NCBI GenBank assembly: GCA_047601445.1
Contig: JASGJH010000001.1
Span: forward strand, 7,680,001 to 7,744,000
Reading direction: 5' to 3'
DNA from: Myxococcales bacterium
GTDB taxonomy: Bacteria > Myxococcota_A > Polyangia > Polyangiales > DASUME01
DNA: 64,000 bases
Positions within the stretch are counted from its first letter, which is position 1. Each line of letters opens with the position of its first letter. Below are positions 39,075 to 49,468 of this stretch, piece by piece. The notes under the pieces are model-generated. The model was not told the DNA's origin. It did not search any database and was given only the letters and a program-made list of their open reading frames with translations. The translations under genes and the position numbers were made by a program.

Positions 39075-41084
39075 TTGTCCACTCACGCATCCGAGCCGTT
39101 TCAAAGCGACGCACACCTGCGCAGCACGCTCGAGGCCGCGGGGATCGGAACCTGGGAGTGGGACCTCGCGCGCGACTGCGTGCGCTGGTCCGAAAATCTC
39201 GAGCACGTCATCGGTGTGCCCATGGGGAGCCTCGGCACCACGTCGAGCGAGTGGCTGTGCATGGTGCATCCAGAGCATCGGCTGCGCGTCGCCAAGGGCG
39301 TGGCGGACTTCATCGATGGGACCGGCCCCTCGGAGATCGAGGTCTGCGTGCAGCGCCCCGACGGCAGCACCTGCTGGCAGAGTATGCGCTGCTCGTGCGT
39401 GCGGGACGAGGCGGGACGACCGCTCTACCTGCGCGGCATCGCCATGAACATCAGCGCGCGGCGCCAGGCCCAGCAGCGCGCGGCGGAGCTTGCCGAGAGT
39501 CTGGCCATCCGTGAGCGCCAGCTGAGGTTGAGCAATCAGGCCATCGAGGCCGAGCGAGCCCGCTTGCGCGCCGTGCTGCGGGACGCGCCGGCGGCCATCA
39601 GCATTCGCAGTGGTCCCGAGCTCGCCCTGAGCTTCGTAAACCCCACCTTTCGCGCGCTGATGGGGGAACGCTTCGAGGTCGGTCAGCCCCTGGCCGAGGC
39701 GGGCCCCGAGTTCGAGCGTTGCAGCGCGAAGCTGCGTCAGACCTTCGCGAGCGGTGAGCCCTACCGGGTGAACGAGGAGTGCTTTCCCATCGACGGGCAG
39801 GGCGAGGAGTCGAGTCATCGCTACTTCAACCTGCTGCTTCAGCCCATGCGCAACGCGCAGGGCGAGGTGGACTCCGTGGTCTCCTTCGCCGTGGATGTCA
39901 CCGAGCAGGTCGAGGCGCGTCGGCGCGCCGAGGAGCTGGCCCACGAGGCCGAGACGGCGAACCGCACCAAGGACGAGTTCTTGGCCATGCTGGGGCACGA
40001 GCTGCGCAACCCGCTGGCGCCCATTCTCACCGCCATCGAACTGATGAAGCTCCACGACGCCGGCTACTTCCCGCGCGAGCGCGCCGTGATCGAACGTCAG
40101 GTGAAGTACGTCATGCGTCTGGTGGACGACCTGCTCGATGTGTCCCGCATCGCCCAGGGCAAGGTCTCCATCGAGCGTCAGCTGGTGGATCTCGCCAAAT
40201 GCGTGGTCACCGGTATCGATCTTGTGCGTCCGTTGATCTCCCAGCAGCGCCACTCCCTGTCGGTGCAGCTCCAGGAGGGCACGCAGGTATTCGGCGATGC
40301 CACGCGCTTGGCCCAGGTGTTCGCCAACCTACTCAGCAACGCGGCCAAGTACACCGGGCCGGGTGGGCACATCGAGGTGGGTTCGGAGTTCGAAGGCGAC
40401 GAGATCAGGGTCTGGGTTCGCGACACCGGCATCGGCATTCGCTCGGAGATCCTGGCGAGCGTATTCGAGCCCTTCGTGCAGGAACGTCAGACCATCGATC
40501 GCTCGGGCGGAGGACTGGGACTCGGTCTCGCCATCGTGCGCTCGTTGGTGGAACTGCACGGCGGCAGCGTGGAGGTGGAGAGCGCCGGACATGGGCGGGG
40601 CAGCACCTTCAGTGTGCGACTGCCCGCGGCTGCCCGCATCGCTGAACCTGCGTCGCTGGTTCCCGCCGCCGAGGCCCCGCCCAGCGCCAGTTGTCGCCGA
40701 ATCCTGGTGGTCGATGACAATACGGACGCTGCGGAGCTGCTCGCGGACGCGCTGCGCTACCTCGGTCACACCGTGACCACGGCCCACGAGGGTCGGGTCG
40801 CGCTCGACGTGCTCGACCAGTTCGAGCCCGACCTTGCCCTGCTCGACATCGGGCTGCCAGGGATGGACGGTTACGAGCTGGCACGCCGGATTCGCTCGGA
40901 CTCCAATCACTCGACTTTGCAGTTGATCGCGGTCACGGGTTACGGCGACGGGAAAGCGCGCCAAGCGGCCCACGACGCGGGCTTCACCGGGCATCTCGCC
41001 AAGCCTGTGGACCTTCCTGCCCTACTGGAAGTCATCGCGCGCGGTGCCAAGTCCATGTCCGGACAGGCCCTCAGCGTGAAGTAA
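39075..41084 (+). CDS. Cytoplasmic PAS-PAS hybrid histidine kinase / response regulator
   Basis: PAS domains, GHELRNPL, NLLSNAAKY, GLGLGL, C-terminal receiver LLDIGLPGMDG. Confidence 0.93.
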   Translation: MSTHASEPFQSDAHLRSTLEAAGIGTWEWDLARDCVRWSENLEHVIGVPMGSLGTTSSEWLCMVHPEHRLRVAKGVADFIDGTGPSEIEVCVQRPDGSTCWQSMRCSCVRDEAGRPLYLRGIAMNISARRQAQQRAAELAESLAIRERQLRLSNQAIEAERARLRAVLRDAPAAISIRSGPELALSFVNPTFRALMGERFEVGQPLAEAGPEFERCSAKLRQTFASGEPYRVNEECFPIDGQGEESSHRYFNLLLQPMRNAQGEVDSVVSFAVDVTEQVEARRRAEELAHEAETANRTKDEFLAMLGHELRNPLAPILTAIELMKLHDAGYFPRERAVIERQVKYVMRLVDDLLDVSRIAQGKVSIERQLVDLAKCVVTGIDLVRPLISQQRHSLSVQLQEGTQVFGDATRLAQVFANLLSNAAKYTGPGGHIEVGSEFEGDEIRVWVRDTGIGIRSEILASVFEPFVQERQTIDRSGGGLGLGLAIVRSLVELHGGSVEVESAGHGRGSTFSVRLPAAARIAEPASLVPAAEAPPSASCRRILVVDDNTDAAELLADALRYLGHTVTTAHEGRVALDVLDQFEPDLALLDIGLPGMDGYELARRIRSDSNHSTLQLIAVTGYGDGKARQAAHDAGFTGHLAKPVDLPALLEVIARGAKSMSGQALSVK

Positions 41085-41162
41085 GGTCGCTCCTGACCGA
41101 CCCCGATTGGGAAGTCTTTTCGGGGTGAGCGACCGCTGCCAAAGGTCCGTTCGCGACTCGCG

Positions 41163-44039
41163 ATGCTTGTTTCCTCGCGATTGTCCGCGGCGGGAGTAAT
41201 CTTTGCCCTGATGGGGGAGATGACCTGGGCACGCCGGATCAGCGCGGCCGTGGCATGCATTGCCGGCCTCGTGCTGCTTGGTTGGTGCCTCGCCTTCGAG
41301 CCTCTTCAGACCTTCATCCCCGCGCGCAGGGTGACGCGCCCCGAGAGCGCCATCGGGTTCCTGCTCGCCGTAGTCGGTGTGTGGGGGCTCGGTTCGAAGC
41401 GCGCGTCCATGCGCCATGTCGCCACCGTCGCGGCGCTCCTGTGCGGTGCGATCGGAGCCACGGCGCTGACCCTTCACGCGTTGGACACCACGATCTCGCT
41501 GCAGCTGCTGCTCCCCCAGAGTCCTGGTGGTGCGCGGCTGACTTCCGTGCCGGCCGCTTCCGGGCTTTGCATGACGAGCCTCGCCCTGTTGGCTTCGCGT
41601 TCACGTGATCGCTGGGCGCTCTGGGTATTTGACGTGGCCACGGTGTCTACGTTCGTGGTTGGCACGCTGGGGATCCTGGCGTCCCTCTACGGTTGGTATG
41701 AGGCGAGTTCCCTCGCCATGGCCTTTCGCAACACGGCGTTCCCTTCGGGCCTCTGTCTCATGGGGCTCGGCTTGAGCACGGCTTTGCTTCACCCCGAGCG
41801 TGGTCTGGTGAGCCGAGTGCTCGAGGTAGGACCGAGCGGCACGCTCTTGCGTAGGCTCTTGCCGGCCGCGGTGTTGCTCCCGGCGGTGATGGGTTTCTTC
41901 GAGAATGCAGCCGCGCGCAATGGCTGGTTCGCGGGCTTCGGGAACGCGCCCTTCGTGGTGGCCGAGGCCGCCGGCATCGTTTGGTTGGTGGCGTTGAGCG
42001 CCCGTTCGGTGCGGCGCTTCGACGCGCAGCGTGAGACAACGCAGCGCGCGCTGGAGGAGGAGATGCGCGCCCACTCCTCGCTGCTCACCGAGCGCGAGCT
42101 GCGCTTCCGGTTGCTGGCCGAGACCGCGCCGCAAATCGTGTGGACCGCGCGTCCCGACGGAGCGCTCGACTACCTCAGCTCCGCCTGGTCGCGCTTCACC
42201 GGCGTCCCGGAGGAGCGCTCCCATGGCTGGCACTGGGACGAGTGCATCCATCCGCAGGACCTGGCGCGCGTGGTGCAACGCTGGAAGGAGGCGGCCGAAG
42301 CCGGGGAGTCCTACGAGCTGGAGTACCGCCTGCGGCGTCACGACGGCGACTACCGCTGGTTCTTGAGCCGCGCCATTCCGTCGCGCGACAGCGACGGGCG
42401 CGTGACTCGCTGGTACGGCGCTGACACCGACGTGCACGAACTCCACGAGGCCCGCGAGGCGCTGCGCATGAGCGAAGCTCGCTTTCGCCTGGCGCTCGGG
42501 GACCGCGCTTTCATTGCCTGGACCCAGGACGCGCACCTCCGCTACACGTGGGTCTACAACCCGGCTGCAGGCTACGAGCCCGAGCGCTCCATCGGGCGCA
42601 CCGACTTCGACGTGCTCGACATGCGGGGCGACGCGGAGCGCCTGGTGGCCATCAAGCGCAGCGTGCTCGAGACGGGCGAGTCCTTCTCGGGACAAGTTCC
42701 GCTCATGATCAAGGGAGAGCAGCGCTACTACGAGATGCGGCTCAACTCCCTCCTCGATGGCGCTGGCGAGGTCACCGGTCTGGCGGGCGCCGCCTACGAC
42801 ATTACCGATCGCAAGCGCTCGGAGGAGTTGCTGCTCAGCGCGCAGAAGTACGAGTCGATCGCGCAGCTGGCGGGGGGCGTGGCCCACGACTTCAACAACC
42901 TGCTGACCGGCATCATCGGCAACGCCGACTACGTGCTGGGCAAGCTGCCCTCGAGCACGCCCACCAGCCTGCGCGTCGCGCTCACGCGCGTCATCGATTC
43001 CGGGGAGAGCGCCGCCGAGCTCACGCAGCAGCTCCTGGCCTATGCGGGCAAGGGACGCTTCCACGTGCAGCCCACGGACCTCAGACGCCTCAAGGACTCG
43101 CTCTCGGGCTTGGTCCGCGCCTCGGTCCCCAGCGGCGTGCGGGTCGAGTACGACGTGCCCTCGGATTTGCCGTTGGTGCGCGCCGACGAGAATCAGCTGC
43201 AGCAGATGCTGACCAACCTGCTGCTCAACGCCATCGAGGCCATCGGCGACCACCATGGCGTGGTGCACATGGTGATGCGTGCCGTGACGCTCGACGCCGC
43301 GTCTGCGAGCACGCTCGACGTCCCCGATGCGAGCGACGGATCCTACGTCCAGATCGAGGTGCGCGACGATGGTCCCGGGATGCCCGAGGAGACGCTTCAG
43401 CGGGCGTTCGAGCCCTTCTTCTCCACCAAGTTCATCGGACGTGGCCTCGGCCTCTCGGCGGCACAAGGGATTGCCCATGCCCACGGCGGCGGCATCGTGG
43501 CCCATAGCAAGCCCGGCGACGGCGCGACCATCCTCGTGACCTTGCCTGCGCTCAGGGAGCCCGCGCTCAGGGCGTCCGCGCCCGTGACCCGCACGGACAC
43601 GGTGGAGCGACCGTTCGCCTTTCCCGGCGCGGGCGTGCTGTTCGTGGACGATGAAGCTCAGCTGCGCGAGATCGGTCGCCTCAGCCTTACCGAGGCCGGC
43701 TACCGCGTGTTCATCGCGGAGAACGGCGCGGAGGCGCTCGAGATCATGGCGCGCATCCACGAGCAGATCGACGTGATCGTGCTGGATATGACGATGCCGG
43801 TGATGGGCGGAGCCGAGGCGGCGCGCAGCTTGCGCAAGGAGCGCGTGGGCGTTCCCATCGTGGCCTCGTCGGGTTACTCGGAGTCGGAGACCCTGGAGCG
43901 CTTCGGCGACATCGCTCCGCTCTTCCTGCGCAAACCCTATCGTCCCAACGAACTGCTCGCGGTGGTGGCGAGCGCGTTGGACCAAGTGCGCGCGGGCCGC
44001 TCCGCGAGCGGCGAGAGGCAAAGCACGCTGCGTGGTTAG
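41163..44039 (+). CDS. Membrane-bound PAS hybrid histidine kinase
   Basis: Multiple N-terminal TM helices, 2 PAS domains, AHDFNNLL, FEPFFSTK, receiver domain. Start may be 41211. Confidence 0.92.
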   Translation: MLVSSRLSAAGVIFALMGEMTWARRISAAVACIAGLVLLGWCLAFEPLQTFIPARRVTRPESAIGFLLAVVGVWGLGSKRASMRHVATVAALLCGAIGATALTLHALDTTISLQLLLPQSPGGARLTSVPAASGLCMTSLALLASRSRDRWALWVFDVATVSTFVVGTLGILASLYGWYEASSLAMAFRNTAFPSGLCLMGLGLSTALLHPERGLVSRVLEVGPSGTLLRRLLPAAVLLPAVMGFFENAAARNGWFAGFGNAPFVVAEAAGIVWLVALSARSVRRFDAQRETTQRALEEEMRAHSSLLTERELRFRLLAETAPQIVWTARPDGALDYLSSAWSRFTGVPEERSHGWHWDECIHPQDLARVVQRWKEAAEAGESYELEYRLRRHDGDYRWFLSRAIPSRDSDGRVTRWYGADTDVHELHEAREALRMSEARFRLALGDRAFIAWTQDAHLRYTWVYNPAAGYEPERSIGRTDFDVLDMRGDAERLVAIKRSVLETGESFSGQVPLMIKGEQRYYEMRLNSLLDGAGEVTGLAGAAYDITDRKRSEELLLSAQKYESIAQLAGGVAHDFNNLLTGIIGNADYVLGKLPSSTPTSLRVALTRVIDSGESAAELTQQLLAYAGKGRFHVQPTDLRRLKDSLSGLVRASVPSGVRVEYDVPSDLPLVRADENQLQQMLTNLLLNAIEAIGDHHGVVHMVMRAVTLDAASASTLDVPDASDGSYVQIEVRDDGPGMPEETLQRAFEPFFSTKFIGRGLGLSAAQGIAHAHGGGIVAHSKPGDGATILVTLPALREPALRASAPVTRTDTVERPFAFPGAGVLFVDDEAQLREIGRLSLTEAGYRVFIAENGAEALEIMARIHEQIDVIVLDMTMPVMGGAEAARSLRKERVGVPIVASSGYSESETLERFGDIAPLFLRKPYRPNELLAVVASALDQVRAGRSASGERQSTLRG

Positions 44040-44049
44040 CACGACCCAG

Positions 44050-45123
44050 TTACTTGAGGGCGGCCAGGTGCCCGTCGAGCGCCTGCAAGATTTCGCGGTT
44101 TCCATCCTGGGCGTAGCCCGAGAGTTTCTCCTCACAGCTCGGGAGGGCCTTCACGAACTCGTGAACGCTGTCCGGATCGCTGAGGTCGTCGGCCCAGCGC
44201 CCGTAGCCCAGCCGCTCGAGGTAGCGCGCATTGAGGACCTGTTCGAACTGTCCTGCCACCGGCACCGCCAGCATCGGCTTGTGCAGGTACACGGCCTCAC
44301 CCATCAGCGTGAAGCCACCCCCTGCGATCACGCCGCGCGCCGACGCGAGGTCCGAGATGAAGCCCGCCTCGCTGAAGGGACGATAACGCAGGTTGCCCTC
44401 GACTTGCTCTTCGGCGATGCCGCGGCGCATGCCGTAGACGCGGCACTCGAGGCCGGTGTGCTGCAGCGTGTCGGCCAGTTCGTCGTGGCCTTCGGCCGTC
44501 TGATAGACCAACAAGTGGTCGCCGCGCGTGCGCTCGGCCGCCAGAATCTCGGGCCGCAGGATGGGCGGAAACAGGCTGGTGTTCGGCTTGCGCACCGGCA
44601 GCCGAAAAAAGCTGGTGATCAGGTACTGCTCGCAGAATGGCAGCTTGCCCTTGACGAACGCCTTGGCGATCTCGAACTCCGCGCGGTAGCCGTCGATGAC
44701 GTCGTCGTCGATGGTGCAGCGGTTGAGCACCTGCATGTTGTCGATGCTGATGATGGGCAAGCGATGGGTCTGGCCGAAGTAGTAGGTCCACGACTCGAAG
44801 TCGCTGATGACCACCTCGGGCTTGAAGTCGCTGATTAGCTCGAGGTAGGCGGCGATTTGACGAGGAACTGCCGCGCTGCCTGCCAGCACGTTGGACCACA
44901 GGGTGGAGCCGCGCTGCACGCGGTTGTCGTCATAGACGATGTGCAGGCCGTGGATGCGGTGGACCCAGGCGTGCTGCGCGAAGCGCTTGCGCAGGAACTC
45001 GGCGGCGCGGCCCGAGGCCATCACCTCGACCTCGTGGCCCTGGGCGACGAGGTGCTCGAGTACCACGCGGGAACGCATGGCGTGCCCCATTCCTTCTCCG
45101 ACCACGCCGTACAAGATTCGCAT
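44050..45123 (-). CDS. GT-B glycosyltransferase, MJ1255/VC2487-like
   Basis: MRILYGV.GEG.GH..RS, ISDFE, GGFTLM.EA..L.KP, GQFEQ..NA.YL. Confidence 0.85.
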   Translation of the reverse strand: MRILYGVVGEGMGHAMRSRVVLEHLVAQGHEVEVMASGRAAEFLRKRFAQHAWVHRIHGLHIVYDDNRVQRGSTLWSNVLAGSAAVPRQIAAYLELISDFKPEVVISDFESWTYYFGQTHRLPIISIDNMQVLNRCTIDDDVIDGYRAEFEIAKAFVKGKLPFCEQYLITSFFRLPVRKPNTSLFPPILRPEILAAERTRGDHLLVYQTAEGHDELADTLQHTGLECRVYGMRRGIAEEQVEGNLRYRPFSEAGFISDLASARGVIAGGGFTLMGEAVYLHKPMLAVPVAGQFEQVLNARYLERLGYGRWADDLSDPDSVHEFVKALPSCEEKLSGYAQDGNREILQALDGHLAALK

Positions 45124-45168
45124 TCCCGGAGCCTAGCAAAGACCGCCCCGGCGTCCTACGAAGCGGTC

Positions 45169-45717
45169 ATGGCGAGTATCGGACACGTGGCGGTGGGATT
45201 GGCTGCCGCCCGCTGGGAGCACGCGCGACCACGTCCCCTCTTGACCTCGCTCGTGGCGTCCATGGTGCTCTACGCGGGGCTCTCGCTCTTACCAGACTTC
45301 GACGTGATCGGCTTTCGCTTGGGTGTCGCCTACGAGGACCCCTGGGGACATCGCGGGGCCACGCACTCGCTGTTCTTCGCGCTGTGCACCGGCTTGCTCG
45401 TGGCGCTGTTGGCGCGCCTTGCCCAACGTCCCTTCGCGCGCACGTTCGCGTTGTGTTTCCTGGTGGTGGTCTCCCACGGCTTGCTCGATACCTTGACCGA
45501 CGGTGGTCTCGGCGCGGCCCTCTGGTGGCCCTTCTCGAACGACCGCATTTTCGCGCCCCTGACGCCGCTTCCGGTGGCTCCCATCGGGCGGGGGTTGCTG
45601 TCGCAGCAGGGGTTGCGCGTCATGCTGACGGAGTTCGTCTGGTTCGCGCCGATGTTCGTGTACGCGCTCCTGCCCCGACGTGCCACGCGCACTCCTTCCC
45701 AACGCCACGATCACTGA
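45169..45717 (+). CDS. Membrane-bound metal-dependent hydrolase (YdjM/DUF457-like)
   Basis: GH, LPDFD, GHRGATHS, SHGLLD, WPF. Confidence 0.88.
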   Translation: MASIGHVAVGLAAARWEHARPRPLLTSLVASMVLYAGLSLLPDFDVIGFRLGVAYEDPWGHRGATHSLFFALCTGLLVALLARLAQRPFARTFALCFLVVVSHGLLDTLTDGGLGAALWWPFSNDRIFAPLTPLPVAPIGRGLLSQQGLRVMLTEFVWFAPMFVYALLPRRATRTPSQRHDH

Positions 45718-45762
45718 AGCGACTTCGTACGTGATGTCGATTGCAGAGCGTGCGCCGGCGCA

Positions 45763-45866
45763 CGCGTGGGATCTCCCCAGTGGAGGAAAAACTCCCCAGT
45801 CGCAGAACACGCGCCGACACGCTGCCGACACGAACACAGGCGTTTTGGGCCGGCACGGCCGATGCT
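45763..45866 (+). promoter_or_regulatory. Putative sigma-54 promoter (45851-45866) with tandem CCCCA-ending activator sites (45763-45779, 45782-45798)
   Basis: CGGCACGGCCGATGCT (GG-N10-GC); GAGGAAAAACTCCCCA matches 18883-18898 at 14/16 positions. Confidence 0.55.
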
Positions 45867-45906
45867 TCGTGAGGGAGTGATTCGAGGCAATCAACAGGAG
45901 GCTTCC

Positions 45907-46107
45907 ATGAAGCGGTCCCCCATCTTCGGCTCACTCACCCTGCTCGCTGGCTTGCTCGTCGTTCTCGTTCAGCCGGCCCAGGCGCAGGGAAACCAAGCGC
46001 GTACCAAGCCGGTGGTCGACGCACCGCAGCAACACCGCGCTCACCATACGACGCGGCAGCACGCCCACGGGAAGCCGCGCCATACCCACTACAAGCCTGC
46101 AAGCTGA
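45907..46107 (+). CDS. Small secreted His/Arg-rich protein (66 aa)
   Basis: CAGGAGG RBS, Sec signal ending AQA, mature part rich in His. Confidence 0.65.
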   Translation: MKRSPIFGSLTLLAGLLVVLVQPAQAQGNQARTKPVVDAPQQHRAHHTTRQHAHGKPRHTHYKPAS

Positions 46108-46110
46108 GCG

Positions 46111-47139
46111 CTACAGGAGCCGCAGGCGGCTCTCCCGCGCGCGCGCTCGACCGTCGTAGTCGCTCGGCAGATCGAGGTCCAGCGAGGTCGCGATGGCCCC
46201 CGTGCGCAAGGCATAGGAGCGCTCGGCATAGGCCGCGTCGTCACGCCACAAGCCACGCGCCACATGCTCCACGAACGGACGCACGGCGCCCTGCATGCGC
46301 CCGAGCAAGCGGAAGCCCAGGCGCTCCGAGGTCGCCAGCGTCGTCTCGAGGATGGCCGTGCGTCCCGGCGCCAGCGGCGTCGCGTGGGTCTCCACCACCG
46401 AGCCTCGGCCTTCGCCGTCGACGATGGTCATCACGATGGTGCGTGGGTCGGGGCAGTGGAATGTGGCGTCCACCTCCACCACCACCGGGCCGAGCACGCG
46501 ATATTGGACGCGCAGCTTGAGCAGCGCGTCGGAGGCTTCGGTGACGCGCAGGTTGGTGAATACACCTGGATGGAAGTGCGCTCCGTGCCAGGGGTCGAGC
46601 CGGTTGGCGATCACGTCGTTGGGCTCGCAGCGAGCCTCCACGCGCACGGTCCCTTCGAGGTAGCGCTCCGGGCGCGGCGCGAGGAAGGGGCGCTCGCTCA
46701 AGGTCTCGTGTTCGTGCAGTCCGTCGAGCCTCACCCAGGTGAGGACGCCGTCGTCGTGCACGGGCATGGGGTGCCAGGCTCCGTGCCGCTGACGGCCGAG
46801 CTCGAGGCCATGCCACGGACACACCACCTTGCCGCGACACACGCGGCCCTCGCTCAGCGAAGCGCCGAGATGGGGGCACTCGTCGAAGCCCATCGCCACA
46901 CCCTGCTCATCGCGAAAGGCCACGAGATAGCGGCCCGCGATCTGATAGCGCGTGGGCCCCATACCGATGCGGCGCGAGGCATCGACCGCGTACCAGCCGC
47001 CGGAAGGCAGGCTCAGGGCATGGTCGAGGGCGCTGCGGATGCGCGTGGGGCTCGCCTGCGCCCAGTCGGGCCCGGCATAGGGACCCTCGCGGGTGAGCGG
47101 AGCCAAACGGCGGCCGAGTCGAAAGGTGCGTTCAGTCAT
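46111..47139 (-). CDS. crtV: Rieske [2Fe-2S] DUF5914-like protein (CrtV-like)
   Basis: CPHLGA...CPWHG Rieske motifs, ANRLDPWHG.HFH, VVETHATP; ATGA-coupled to crtU. Confidence 0.7.
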   Translation of the reverse strand: MTERTFRLGRRLAPLTREGPYAGPDWAQASPTRIRSALDHALSLPSGGWYAVDASRRIGMGPTRYQIAGRYLVAFRDEQGVAMGFDECPHLGASLSEGRVCRGKVVCPWHGLELGRQRHGAWHPMPVHDDGVLTWVRLDGLHEHETLSERPFLAPRPERYLEGTVRVEARCEPNDVIANRLDPWHGAHFHPGVFTNLRVTEASDALLKLRVQYRVLGPVVVEVDATFHCPDPRTIVMTIVDGEGRGSVVETHATPLAPGRTAILETTLATSERLGFRLLGRMQGAVRPFVEHVARGLWRDDAAYAERSYALRTGAIATSLDLDLPSDYDGRARARESRLRLL

Positions 47140-48698
47140 GGATTCACTCCGGGCAGAGGCTCGCGCGCGGGATTCATGGCGGCACCGCGGCTCGGCCAGC
47201 TGGGCAGGTGACCTAGCGCCAAGAGCCCGCGACGCGGCACCGAAAACACGGGACTTCCGATCACGTCGCGCTCCGCGAGCAGGTGGTTGGCGGCCAGCAT
47301 GCCCGCGGCGGTGGCGCGCTCCATCAGGGCGCTCGGCATCGGCAGCTTGACGAAGTCGCCCGCCAACGTGAGGCCCCGCAAGGGAGTGTTCGGCGTGGGG
47401 CGCTGCGCGTGGGAGCCGGGTGCGAACGCCGGGCAGTCCTCGCGCACCAACCAGCGCTCGTCGAACACCCGGGCGCCCGCGAACTCGGGATAGAGCGCGA
47501 GCGTGGCCTGCCAAAGCTCGTCGCGCAGCGCCGACTCCTCGAAGTCGGGCTCCACTGCGTAGGCATGGATCTCCACCACCGAGCCGCCGTGACGCTCGGC
47601 CCAATCGTGGCTCTGGTCCTCGAACCGCTCGAACAGCGAGATGTTGTCGATGTGCCCGAGCTCGTTGGTGCCCACGAAGCCGTGGCGTTCGGCGCGCGCA
47701 CGCCGGTCGATCCAGCGCCGCCACACCACGAACGGTCGTGTGGTCTCGAGGCTCTGCACCGAGCGCCGAAAGCCCGCGTGCGAGAGCTCCGGCGAGCGCT
47801 CGACCAGGGCCTTGAGGGCGGGCACGCTCAGCGCGAGCACCAGCTGATCGGTCTCGAGCTGCTCGCCCGCGCATTCCACCACGTAACCGGCGCCGCGCGG
47901 TGACACGCGCAGGACCTCGGCGTGGGTGCGCACGTCGACGCGCAGGGCAGCGAGCTCGCGCGCCAGCGGCTGCCAGAGGCCGGTGGAGAACGGCTGGTTC
48001 AACACGTCGAAGACCAGTCCCTCGCCGCTACCCGTGAAGTAGAAGTGGAACATCATCAAGAGCTCGGCCGCGGACATCTCTTCTTCGGCGTTGAAGAACG
48101 AGTGAGCGAACACGTTGAAGAGCATGGCGCGCGCCTGGGGCGGGAAGCGCAGGGAGTCGAGGTAGTCGCGTGCGCTCAGGTGATCGTACCGCGCGTAGGT
48201 CGTCGCGCCGTCGTAGGCCACCATGGCCAGCGCCTCGCGCACGTTCACGCGCAGTAGATCGCGCAGCTTGAGGTAGGGAGTGCGCCGCGTGAGCTCGATC
48301 AGATTGAAGGGGGGCTGGTTGGGGATGCCGACGAAGGTCTGCACGGCGCCGCCTCGTCCGTGCACCGGATAGTCGGTCATGGGCGTCAGCATGTGCAGCT
48401 CGGGGTCGAGTCGCTTCAGCAGGTTTCGCAGGTTGTAGTACTGGCGAAAGAACGCGTGAAAACCACGGCCCATCTGGAAGCGCTCGCCCGTGGCGAGCTG
48501 GTCGTCCCAGGCGGACACGCGTCCGCCGAGCACGCCGCCCGCCTCGAGCAGCGTGGTCGTGACCCCGCGCTCGGCCAGGCTCAAGGCGGCGGACACGCCC
48601 GCTAGCCCGCCCCCCACGACGACCGCGCGCGTGGGCGTCGCGACGCGCGTCAGGCGCCCTCCGAGATCCGGCAGCTTCTCTGGAGCCATGAACCTCAT
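47136..48698 (-). CDS. crtU: Carotenoid phi-ring synthase / isorenieratene synthase-like FAD oxidoreductase
   Basis: VVGGGLAG...LAERG...LGGR, RGFHAFFRQYYNLR, LMMFHFYF, ALMERA. Confidence 0.8.
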   Translation of the reverse strand: MRFMAPEKLPDLGGRLTRVATPTRAVVVGGGLAGVSAALSLAERGVTTTLLEAGGVLGGRVSAWDDQLATGERFQMGRGFHAFFRQYYNLRNLLKRLDPELHMLTPMTDYPVHGRGGAVQTFVGIPNQPPFNLIELTRRTPYLKLRDLLRVNVREALAMVAYDGATTYARYDHLSARDYLDSLRFPPQARAMLFNVFAHSFFNAEEEMSAAELLMMFHFYFTGSGEGLVFDVLNQPFSTGLWQPLARELAALRVDVRTHAEVLRVSPRGAGYVVECAGEQLETDQLVLALSVPALKALVERSPELSHAGFRRSVQSLETTRPFVVWRRWIDRRARAERHGFVGTNELGHIDNISLFERFEDQSHDWAERHGGSVVEIHAYAVEPDFEESALRDELWQATLALYPEFAGARVFDERWLVREDCPAFAPGSHAQRPTPNTPLRGLTLAGDFVKLPMPSALMERATAAGMLAANHLLAERDVIGSPVFSVPRRGLLALGHLPSWPSRGAAMNPAREPLPGVNP

Positions 48699-49423
48699 GC
48701 GATTACCTCTGCCACGAACGTATGCGTCACCCCGCGCTGCCAGCCGTCCATCGGCAGCACCTCCACGCGCCCGAAGCCCGCGCGCTCGAGCCGCGCCACG
48801 AAGGCTCGCACGCCGTCGAACTCGTTGACGCTGCGGCGCAGGTACCGAAAGAGCTCGGGCGCCCGGCTGAGCGAGCTTCCGAGGGGCACGATGACGGTGC
48901 TCGACACGGCGTTCCAGATCGCCCGCGCGAGCGCGCTGTCGGCCACCGAGTACTCGTGGAAGGCGACGCGCCCGCCCGGCTTGAGCAGCGACTTGAGGTG
49001 CCTCAGGCAGAGGTCTTTGTCGGGCACGTTGCGGATGCCGTAGGCCATCAAGATGCCGTCGAAGGGCCCGCTCGCGCCGTGGGCCGCGGGATCCGTGGCA
49101 TCTCCCAACAGGAAGCGTACCGCCGTGAGCGCAGGCTTCTTGGCGGCCACTGCGAGCATGCCCGCCGAGGCGTCGAGCGCGCTAATGCGCGCGCCGGGGT
49201 AGGCCGTGAGCAAGGCCTGGGTGGAGAGTCCCGTTCCGCAACACAGGTCGAGGAGCTCCGCGTCGGGTCGTGCGCGCAAGCGCTCGGCGCTCCAGGCAAG
49301 GTGTTTGCGGTAGCCCGGGTTGAGCGCATTCAACAAGTCGTAACGGCTGGCGACGGTGTCGAATTCGCGGCTCAGGGCGGCCGATCCGAAGTTTTCGTGG
49401 GGTAACTCAGTGCGGGTGTCCAA
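48695..49423 (-). CDS. crtT: SAM-dependent methyltransferase (UbiE-like, CrtT-like)
   Basis: LNPGY..HL, LDLCCGTGLS, DASAGML, AYGIRN, HEYSV, GWQRG..HTF; coupled to crtU. Confidence 0.7.
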   Translation of the reverse strand: MDTRTELPHENFGSAALSREFDTVASRYDLLNALNPGYRKHLAWSAERLRARPDAELLDLCCGTGLSTQALLTAYPGARISALDASAGMLAVAAKKPALTAVRFLLGDATDPAAHGASGPFDGILMAYGIRNVPDKDLCLRHLKSLLKPGGRVAFHEYSVADSALARAIWNAVSSTVIVPLGSSLSRAPELFRYLRRSVNEFDGVRAFVARLERAGFGRVEVLPMDGWQRGVTHTFVAEVIA

Positions 49424-49468
49424 GCGGCTCGTCTTTCTCGAACGCGGCCCAACCGCTGCGGCGTCTCG

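Noticed and set aside
41601..44135. 844-aa minus-strand ORF and similar long antisense ORFs (12633-14600, 24022-25590, 31645-33171, 38622-40253)
   Set aside because: High-GC shadow ORFs opposite well-supported genes, with no motifs.
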